Positions 55,846-62,239 of a stretch of 62,239 bases of DNA are shown piece by piece. Below the pieces are notes generated by a model. The model saw only the letters and a program-made list of their open reading frames with translations. It searched no databases and was not told the DNA's origin. Within the stretch, counting starts at the first letter, position 1; every line of letters starts with the position of its first letter. Source of the DNA: Kiritimatiellia bacterium (GTDB lineage: Bacteria > Verrucomicrobiota > Kiritimatiellia > RFP12 > UBA1067); NCBI GenBank assembly GCA_045630425.1, contig JAZQTB010000100.1, positions 1 through 62,239 of the forward strand, given 5' to 3'. The translations under genes and the position numbers were made by a program.

Positions 55846-55934
55846 AGGTGAAGGTTTAAGGTGAACAGCGGAATGATATCTTTTTTGAAATAAAGAAAAT
55901 ATCCATTGTTCATCTTCACCTCAAATCTTCACCT
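55846..55934. repeat. long imperfect palindrome built from GGTGAAG / CTTCACC words
   Basis: Left arm AGGTGAAGGTTTAAGGTGAACAGCGGAATGATAT (55846-55879), A/T-rich spacer, right arm ATATCCATTGTTCATCTTCACCTCAAATCTTCACCT (55899-55934). Confidence 0.8.
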
Positions 55935-55972
55935 AAATCAAAACTCTAAACTAAACCAAGGAGAGAGAAAGT

Positions 55973-56009
55973 ATGCAAGATGGGAAACCTAACTTGCATA
56001 ACGTACGCG
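55973..56009 (+). promoter_or_regulatory. hairpin plus AACGTACGC core, junction ii
   Basis: Stem ATGCAAG (55973-55979) / CTTGCAT (55993-55999), loop ATGGGAAACCTAA, then AACGTACGCG (56000-56009). Confidence 0.6.
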
Positions 56010-56027
56010 ATATTGTGTTTAAATTTT

Positions 56028-56036
56028 GATATAATA
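56028..56036 (+). promoter_or_regulatory. extended -10 element TGATATAAT upstream of the PIN gene
   Basis: TGATATAAT at 56028-56036. RBS AAAGGAGAAGG precedes ATG 56064. Confidence 0.45.
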
Positions 56037-56063
56037 TGAAACATAAAAAGAAAGGAGAAGGCA

Positions 56064-56534
56064 ATGTCAGATAAAAAGAAAGTTTATGTTGAGACAAGCG
56101 TTATCAGTAACCTGACGGCGCGGCCTTCTTCGCGGGTTGTTGAAGCAGGTAGGCAGATAGCTACGATTGAATGGTGGGAGCGGGCAACGCAGGAGTATGA
56201 ATTGTATGGGTCATTCGTTGTTGAACGTGAGGCTGCAAGAGGTGATGCAGAGGCTGCTTCTCGGCGGTTGGAAAAACTTCGGGACTTGAAGTCTGCAGTG
56301 TTTGATGAACGTGCAATTATTTTGGCAGAAGCATTGCTTGCGGATACAGCAGTTCCACGAAATTCTTATGATGACGCGTTGCATATTGCTACTGCGGCAA
56401 TCAATGAAATGGACTTTTTGGTGACATGGAACTGTAAGCATATAGCTAATGCAGTCACTCGACCAGTTATTCGAAAAACCTGTGAACGTATGGGATATGT
56501 ATGTCCTGAAATCTGTACGCCAGATGAACTTTAA
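56064..56534 (+). CDS. PIN-domain protein (VapC-like toxin candidate)
   Basis: 156 aa. YVETSVIS (first acidic motif), DDALHIATAAINEMDFLVTWNCKHIAN (C-terminal acidic motif). Confidence 0.65.
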   Translation: MSDKKKVYVETSVISNLTARPSSRVVEAGRQIATIEWWERATQEYELYGSFVVEREAARGDAEAASRRLEKLRDLKSAVFDERAIILAEALLADTAVPRNSYDDALHIATAAINEMDFLVTWNCKHIANAVTRPVIRKTCERMGYVCPEICTPDEL

Positions 56535-56548
56535 TTAAGGAGGTTGTT

Positions 56549-56686
56549 ATGGAAAAAGAATCTATAATGGAAGAATTATGGAGAATAAAGGAAGAGATTG
56601 CGTCGCAGTATGATTCTTTTAAGGAATATGCTGCTGATATGTTGCGTTTGCAAGCGGCCGCTCATCCTGAGTTACCTACAACTTAA
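56549..56686 (+). CDS. 45-aa ORF downstream of the PIN gene, candidate cognate antitoxin
   Basis: AAGGAGG 6 nt before ATG 56549. Sequence MEKESIMEELWRIKEEIASQYDSFKEYAADMLRLQAAAHPELPTT, stop 56684-56686. It is absent from the ORF track because it is under 60 aa. Confidence 0.45.
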   Translation: MEKESIMEELWRIKEEIASQYDSFKEYAADMLRLQAAAHPELPTT

Positions 56687-56833
56687 GGAAATTGAATTTC
56701 AGCCGATGGAGGGCAAGGGAAGTCGGCTATATCGCTTGGAGCGATGAATGATCTTTGATAGAGGCGGGGGAATGCTTGCACAAGAACCTGCCAAATGGCC
56801 TGAAGGTTAGTTTAGATTTGTTTCATGTTGTGG

Positions 56834-57050
56834 TTTTTAGCCGTGTAGTGGTGTAGAAAGTGTAGAAGTGGGGAAATTGAACCACGGAATACACGGAACA
56901 CACGAAAATTAGGTTGGAAGTCCGATGTCTGAAGTCGGAGAGTTTTTAGCCGTGTAGAAGTGTAGAAGGTGTAGAAGTGGGTGAATTGAACCACGGAATA
57001 CACGGAACACACGGAATGTCGGAAAGGGGAATAGATGGAAGTCTGAAGTC
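56834..57050. repeat. two tandem copies of a ~109-bp unit, each containing a GTGTAGAAG / CACGGAA word hairpin
   Basis: TTTTTAGCCGTGTAG..GTGTAGAAGTGGG..ATTGAACCACGGAATACACGGAACACACG starts at 56834 and again at 56943. Confidence 0.85.
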
Positions 57051-57222
57051 TGTTGTTCTGAATTAAATCCCTTTACTCTTCACTCTTTACCCTTTACTCA
57101 TTACCCATTACTCATTACTCATCTCTCATAACTAACCAATAGGCAAAACCTTTTATTCGCCGTGGCAGAAAAGCACGGTTGAAAAAAGGAGCCGCGTGAT
57201 CCTACTTTAGGACCGCGGTTCA

Positions 57223-57262
57223 TCCTCCGTAGTCCCGAAGGGCGAAGGAGGAAACGTACGCA
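57223..57262 (+). promoter_or_regulatory. hairpin plus AACGTACGC core, junction iii
   Basis: Stem TCCTCC (57223-57228) / GGAGGA (57247-57252) with an inner CCC-GAA-GGG, then AACGTACGCA (57253-57262). Confidence 0.55.
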
Positions 57263-57484
57263 ATCTTGCGTATTTGGCTTTGAACGAAAACGACCAAAAT
57301 TTCCAGATGAAGCTGAGTATGTGAGATGCGTCACGTAGTATATTCTGCGTGGCGTGTCTTCTATTCGTGTTTCATCAAGGCGCTTGGTCGTGCCTCGTTC
57401 AAGACATGGATTTTGAAAGGCACGCCACTCTTCTTTTCTGCGCCAAGAGTGTTAATGTGCAAGGGTAATGGCGCGGAGAAGGAG
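57253..57484 (+). promoter_or_regulatory. conserved ~230-nt structured leader (module Z), copy 2, upstream of the 135-aa ORF / FGE / BACON operon
   Basis: Aligns with 47944-48174. Ends in GGAGAAGGAG 10 nt before ATG 57495. Confidence 0.7.
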
Positions 57485-57494
57485 TGGAAGGAAA

Positions 57495-57902
57495 ATGTCA
57501 GTAACAAAGACCGAAATCAAATCGTCGCTTAAAAATGAGTTATTGGAATTATTGTATATAAGTCATGCCAATAACAAACCAATGTATGTAAATGGTCGTG
57601 TTTGCGGAGACATCCTGGCATGCGACATAGATGATAGTGATGGGCAGATCTCAGTTTTCGTTTTTTGGAGGTCGAAAAACGATTCAATTCAGGAACCCTA
57701 TGATGCAGAGATTTCTAGTAGGAATTATTTAGACAGTATGTGTAATGTAATGCCTAAAGGATATGATGTCTATGAACATAAGGATGGATTGAGGTTAAGG
57801 AAGGTATATAGTAGTGAATATAGTGCGAAAGAAATTGTAAGAGAGATTTTAAGCGTGTATCAAGTCTTTGGCGGTCTGCAAATATGTAGGCTGGAGTTTT
57901 AA
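57495..57902 (+). CDS. hypothetical 135-aa protein
   Basis: The ATG sits at the same distance from the leader's GGAGAAGGAG as in copy 1; the ORF track starts at 57468. No recognisable motif. Confidence 0.5.
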   Translation: MSVTKTEIKSSLKNELLELLYISHANNKPMYVNGRVCGDILACDIDDSDGQISVFVFWRSKNDSIQEPYDAEISSRNYLDSMCNVMPKGYDVYEHKDGLRLRKVYSSEYSAKEIVREILSVYQVFGGLQICRLEF

Positions 57903-57966
57903 TAGGGAAGATTTGCTTGACAGATAATATCTCAATAGAATTTTTCTGAAATTGGAGGAGGCTATT

Positions 57967-59112
57967 ATGAAAAAGACAATTGTGGTATTGATTGGGTTTT
58001 ATATGTTACAAGGTTATTCGGCTCCGCTCATATCAAATGTGAAAGCTGAACCAATTGCTCCATGGGGAGAAATGGCTGTATCATGGAACGTAAGTAATAG
58101 TTCTTCGAAAAATGCGGCAGAATATAGCGGTTATTTGGTAATGAGTAATGTTATTTCAAGTGTAACATATTGGAAAAAGGTGGATGTTCCGCAGAAAGAT
58201 GGGTTTTGCCGAACTTATATTGATAAAAATATGTATTCAGGAAAATGGGATAAATCGGATCAGTGGGTCTTTCAAATACGCTTGTTTCTAAAATATTGTA
58301 TTGTAGATTTGTCTGCTGGTCATAGTACTTTATCTTATCCGATTTCATATTTAACCGATGAGCCGAAATACGGGTGGACAGAGGAATATAAAACAACAAA
58401 ATTAGTGTTGAGATTAATAGAGCCCGGTACATTTAAGATGTCGGGAAGAGCTGGGGACAGATGGACTGAGTATGACATCAGGTTAACAAAGCCATATTAT
58501 ATAGGCATATTTGAAGTAACCCAAAAACAATATAATTTAGTGGCAGGAGAGAACCCATCTTGTTATATGGGAGATAGACGGCCAGTAGAGAATGTTTCAT
58601 ATAAAGAACTCCGAGGACTTTATAATTGGCCGACAGATAAAAGATTGCCAACAGGTTTTTTAGGCAAATTAATTAAAAGAACTGGGGGGATATTTGATCT
58701 GCCTACAGAAGCGCAGTGGGAATATGCTTGTCGGGCTGGTACGGAAAGCCGTTTCAATAATGGAGGGGATACAGAGGAAGATCTTGCGTTGTTGGGGCGG
58801 TATGGTGGTAATGTGGCCGATGGGAGAGGCGGTTATTCTGAACATACTGAAGTGGGTTCTTATCTTCCAAATAATTGGGGGATTTATGATATGCATGGAA
58901 ATGTATGGGAATGGTGTCGCGACTGGGTTTGGAACAGCCCTAATGAAGATATGGTTGATCCTCTTGGAAAAGAGTCAGGGAGTGAACGTTGCTATCGTGG
59001 TAATTGTTGGCGTATGTCTGAATATATTTATTTCTTCTCAAGTAGTATGAGTTCTACTAAGCCAGAGAATAAGTATGAGGCGCTTGGATTTAGAGTTGTG
59101 AAAGAGCTGTGA
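57967..59112 (+). CDS. secreted protein with a C-terminal FGE-sulfatase (SUMF1/formylglycine-generating-enzyme-like) domain
   Basis: ATG 57967 after GGAGGAGG opens the signal-like MKKTIVVLIGFYMLQG. FEVTQKQYN, PVENVSY, LPTEAQWEYACRAGT, WGIYDMHGNVWEWCRDW, and GFRVV. Confidence 0.8.
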   Translation: MKKTIVVLIGFYMLQGYSAPLISNVKAEPIAPWGEMAVSWNVSNSSSKNAAEYSGYLVMSNVISSVTYWKKVDVPQKDGFCRTYIDKNMYSGKWDKSDQWVFQIRLFLKYCIVDLSAGHSTLSYPISYLTDEPKYGWTEEYKTTKLVLRLIEPGTFKMSGRAGDRWTEYDIRLTKPYYIGIFEVTQKQYNLVAGENPSCYMGDRRPVENVSYKELRGLYNWPTDKRLPTGFLGKLIKRTGGIFDLPTEAQWEYACRAGTESRFNNGGDTEEDLALLGRYGGNVADGRGGYSEHTEVGSYLPNNWGIYDMHGNVWEWCRDWVWNSPNEDMVDPLGKESGSERCYRGNCWRMSEYIYFFSSSMSSTKPENKYEALGFRVVKEL

Positions 59113-59128
59113 TACGAAAGGACCAAAT

Positions 59129-62100
59129 ATGAATAGTCGAATAATGCTTTTTTGTTGCGTGATGAGTGCAATTGCTGCAATACAAGCGGAGATAGTATCT
59201 GAATTTTCTGATGTAGTTCAAATGCCAATTTTGCAGGATGGGGCTCAAATATCACAATCAATTATCATAAAAAGTTCGCCTTGTTTAGCAAAAGAGGCGA
59301 AGGTTTTTGTTGATGATAATTTGCTATTTTCGTCTACAACTGCTTCTGAGTTTTTGTGGCAACCTCAACAATTAGGAACGCATAAGCTTGTTCATGCCGC
59401 AGGAGATTTAGCGTTTACAACAACTGTTTATGTGGTTCAATTTGATTATTTTGTTCAGTCAAACCCAAATCCACCTAATAAGCCTTCTCGAATATCATAT
59501 ATAACGCCTTTGACAAGATCTTTTGGTACTGAAGGTGGAGGAGGAGGAATTATTACATCTGGTGAAAGTACATGGGTGGCATCAGTGAGCGATCCATGGA
59601 TTACATTGAATACAACAAGTGGGACTGTTGGATTTCCTGTTGCTTATATGGTGAGTGCGAATACAAATGTTGAATCGCGAGTCGGGTATATTTATGTGAA
59701 TGAGTGGACTCATACAGTTACACAAGCTGGCTTGGGGGCTGATGTTGATAAGACTAATATTATGGTAGAAAACATTGGAGGGACAGGTAATATCAATGTG
59801 ACGGCTCAAAACAGAATCGTTTGGCAGGCGAGACCGAATGTTGACTGGATTTCAGTGTCTCCTACGAGTGGAGCAGGTGAGGGAAGTGTAAGTTATCAAG
59901 TTGCACCGTATAATGAAGTTGCGACGCGGCAAGGGACAATGACGGTTGCTGGAAATACGGTTACTGTATTCCAGTACGGGCGACGGATGAAACTTGAGAG
60001 TTATAGCGAGACGCGAGACTGGTACACACATGTTATTCCGATTACTGTTAATGCTCTTGCGATTACGGAATGGAGCGTAACACCGAATGCGAGCTGGATA
60101 TCAATTGTAGATGCTGGAAATGGTAAGGGTGGCGATTTGGTGAGTATTGCCATTGCTGAGAATCCGAGCTACAAGGCGAGAACGGGAACTGTGACAATCG
60201 GCAGTGAGACATTTACGGTTACGCAGGAAGGTCGCACGGATTTGGCGTTTAGTGTAAGCCCTGTTTCTTCTGAGGCGAGTGTAGAAGGTGCGTATGGACT
60301 TGTTGCAGTAACAGCAACGCCTGATCTTCCTTGGACGGCAAAGAGTGGAGCGAATTGGGTGACGATAGTCGCGACAACAGCATCCGGAGCAGGTAATGGA
60401 AATATCGTATATTCTGCATCGCCAAACCCAACCTTATACAACCGCACAGGAACCATAACCGTAACGCCGGATAAAGCCTCTGGCATGACGGCGAAAACGC
60501 ATACAGTCACACAGCCGGCGGCAGTTGCAGCATTGTCGCTGAGCGGCTATGAGTTTGTAGCAGCAGGCGAATCATGCGCGGTTGCGGTGTCGGTCGCTGA
60601 TATTGTCGAATGGGAGGTAAATGAATCGCTTGATTGGCTTACGGTTAATGGTTCCACTTCACGTACGGGGCCGGGAGTTGTGACATTGCAGGCGTCAGCA
60701 AATAATACAATCTATCCGCGTAGCGGTACTGTTACGATTGCAAGAAAGACATTTACGGTAACTCAGAAGGCTCGTGGTGTGGAAGTTGAATACGACTCGA
60801 AGCTGTTTGGTACGGACGGTGGTATGGAATCAATTTCGATTCATCCAGATGGGAATTCTTCGTGGACCGCAGTTGCATCTGATCCGACATGGATAACTAT
60901 CTTTCAAGGTGATTCGGGTACGGGAGATGGTGAGATTATGTACATTATTTCTCCGTATGTCGGAGATGGATCTGCTCGCACAGGTTGGATAACGGTAGGT
61001 GACAAGAAAATCTACATCACCCAGCGTGCATACGATCTTTCGATTTCGCCTAACGGTAAGAAGGTGATAGGGAACAATGGTGCTGGCGAAATCGGGGTTT
61101 CGGCTTCCATTGGCGATGTGTGGAACGCGATTGTCACTGAGCCGTGGATCACGATTGTTGACGGCTATGATTCCGGCACTGGAAGCGGAACGGTGAGGTT
61201 CATCTATACTGAGAATAATACTGGCAAGACGCGCACCGGCAAGATTATTGTTGCGGGAGAGGTCTATACGCTCGAACAGGCAGCACGGACTATGGTTGCG
61301 ATAACGGCGACAGCAGGTCGCGGCGGCAAGGTGTCGGGCGGCGGATCGTATGACCTTGGAAGCGAAGTGACGCTTACAGCGATTCCGGACGACGGGTATA
61401 AGTTTTCGTATTGGACCGGTGATGTCTCGACGATGCAAAATCCGTTAAAAGTAACGGCGGATGTCGCAAAGAGTGTGTCGGCAGTTTTTGAGCCGCTTCC
61501 GATAGCGTTTGAATCGGTAACATCGGGCACGGATGGCGTAAGGCTTTCTTGGAACAATCTTGCGTGGGCGACGGCCTATCGCATTTATCGGGGTGTGACG
61601 AGTGTCCCGTCGTCGGCTATAGTGTTGACAGAAATCGTCAACACCGGCAATTGCTCGTACCTTGATGAATCGGGCGATGTCGGGACGACTTACTGGTATT
61701 GGATTGAAGCTGAAGGGGCGGAGGATTCTGTGATGTCGGATCCAATGACCGGCATGAAGCAGAAACCAATTGTCATTTCTCCTATCACTTATCTGAATCT
61801 GCGCGGGGCAATACATACGAACCCTAATTCATATCAGGAAGGGACGCTTGTGTCGTTCACGAATCCTTCTGGTGTGACGGGCTATACGTTCGCGGGATGG
61901 ACGCCATCGCAGATTACGGCGGATATGACGGGTACACAGACTGTTCGCGCCAACTGGACGGCGAACAGCTATACGATTTCGTATAACGCGAACGGCGGCA
62001 GCGGAACGATGGATGGAACGCCGGCGGCTTATGACAGAGAGGCGACGGTAGCAGAGAACGGTTTTGTCAGGGATGGATATTTGTTCAAGGGATGGGCTAC

Positions 62101-62239
62101 GGAGGTTGACGGCGAGATCGTATATGCTGCTGGTCAGCTTGTGACGAATCTTACTTCACAGGCTCAAGGTGTTGTTACGCTTTATGCTGTTTGGGAGGCG
62201 GGAAAGGTTGGAAATCCCGTAATTACTCCTGGTGATGGT
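59129..62239 (+). CDS. giant secreted surface protein, partial (runs off the right edge): multiple BACON-like domains, then Listeria-Bacteroides repeats
   Basis: Open frame of 1037 codons from ATG 59129 to the window end. It is not in the ORF track because it has no stop. Signal-like MNSRIMLFCCVMSAIAAIQA. At least six units of the type W..V....G.G.G.V.Y.V..N....R.G.I.V.G..(F)TV.Q. C-terminal YTISYNANGGSGTMDG..GYLFKGWAT. Confidence 0.75.
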   Translation, partial: MNSRIMLFCCVMSAIAAIQAEIVSEFSDVVQMPILQDGAQISQSIIIKSSPCLAKEAKVFVDDNLLFSSTTASEFLWQPQQLGTHKLVHAAGDLAFTTTVYVVQFDYFVQSNPNPPNKPSRISYITPLTRSFGTEGGGGGIITSGESTWVASVSDPWITLNTTSGTVGFPVAYMVSANTNVESRVGYIYVNEWTHTVTQAGLGADVDKTNIMVENIGGTGNINVTAQNRIVWQARPNVDWISVSPTSGAGEGSVSYQVAPYNEVATRQGTMTVAGNTVTVFQYGRRMKLESYSETRDWYTHVIPITVNALAITEWSVTPNASWISIVDAGNGKGGDLVSIAIAENPSYKARTGTVTIGSETFTVTQEGRTDLAFSVSPVSSEASVEGAYGLVAVTATPDLPWTAKSGANWVTIVATTASGAGNGNIVYSASPNPTLYNRTGTITVTPDKASGMTAKTHTVTQPAAVAALSLSGYEFVAAGESCAVAVSVADIVEWEVNESLDWLTVNGSTSRTGPGVVTLQASANNTIYPRSGTVTIARKTFTVTQKARGVEVEYDSKLFGTDGGMESISIHPDGNSSWTAVASDPTWITIFQGDSGTGDGEIMYIISPYVGDGSARTGWITVGDKKIYITQRAYDLSISPNGKKVIGNNGAGEIGVSASIGDVWNAIVTEPWITIVDGYDSGTGSGTVRFIYTENNTGKTRTGKIIVAGEVYTLEQAARTMVAITATAGRGGKVSGGGSYDLGSEVTLTAIPDDGYKFSYWTGDVSTMQNPLKVTADVAKSVSAVFEPLPIAFESVTSGTDGVRLSWNNLAWATAYRIYRGVTSVPSSAIVLTEIVNTGNCSYLDESGDVGTTYWYWIEAEGAEDSVMSDPMTGMKQKPIVISPITYLNLRGAIHTNPNSYQEGTLVSFTNPSGVTGYTFAGWTPSQITADMTGTQTVRANWTANSYTISYNANGGSGTMDGTPAAYDREATVAENGFVRDGYLFKGWATEVDGEIVYAAGQLVTNLTSQAQGVVTLYAVWEAGKVGNPVITPGDG

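Larger units (their letters stand above)
46951..62239. other. AT-richer accessory island (left boundary at the GH31-like stop codon; right end beyond the window)
   Basis: A visible drop in G+C and loss of the G/C third-position bias. Gene content switches to TA modules, nuclease/helicase genes and giant surface proteins, with long repeat-rich intergenic regions. Confidence 0.65.

Noticed and set aside
56834-57050. CRISPR array.
   Set aside because: There are only two copies of a 109-bp unit with no unique spacers of regular size, and no cas genes in the window.
57189-57252. Group II intron domain V/VI-like hairpins. GAGCCGCGTGATCCTACTTTAGGACCGCGGTTC has the GAGC...GGTTC ends and A-U/G-U/C-G base of domain V. 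The next hairpin has a bulged A ~7 nt before its 3' end, just before the AACGTACGC core.
   Set aside because: The loop is not a GNRA tetraloop, the asymmetric bulge is on the wrong strand, and the length is 33 rather than 34 nt. I could find no 5' GUGYG or domain I, and there is no reverse transcriptase ORF. It is worth an Infernal scan with group II models, but on the visible evidence it is more likely coincidence.

Overview
This is a bacterial chromosomal window with two compositionally distinct parts. Positions 1 to about 46,950 are a GC-rich, densely packed housekeeping backbone. It carries fabD, tatA, uvrC, nadE, purA, uppS-cdsA, plsY, valS, a murD/ftsW fragment of the dcw cluster, xseA, one tRNA-CAU, a DEAD-box helicase, nrnA, a sensor kinase, an RND efflux pair and dus. 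It also carries a minus-strand ftsH-cdaA-ftsK-rodZ block, glf and glycosidases. Many of these genes are preceded by an extended -10 element TG(G/A)TATAAT. Several copies sit so close to the start codon that the mRNAs must be leaderless or nearly so. Directly downstream of the RND pump are two paralogous GYF-like proteins built around tandem VEKIVE repeats, which resemble alveolin/articulin membrane-skeleton repeats. From about 46,950 to the right edge the sequence switches to an AT-richer accessory island. The island holds four toxin-antitoxin-like pairs: DUF4160/DUF2442, DinJ/YafQ, a small ORF plus an H-Y ART-like (DUF3990-like) protein, and PIN plus a 45-aa ORF. It also holds an Mrr-cat nuclease, a SWIM-SNF2 helicase, an FGE-sulfatase-domain protein and very large LRR/LamG/BACON surface proteins. 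Its long intergenic regions are a mosaic of shared modules: a ~100-bp 3' module, word-built imperfect palindromes, a covarying hairpin abutting the core AACGTACGC, and a ~230-nt structured leader in front of two different operons. Similarity between loci begins or ends at or near the AACGTACGC core. I interpret these points as cassette junctions of an undescribed site-specific recombination and/or regulatory system. No rRNA, CRISPR array, integrase or transposase was seen. All functional calls come from motif recognition by eye, not from database searches.
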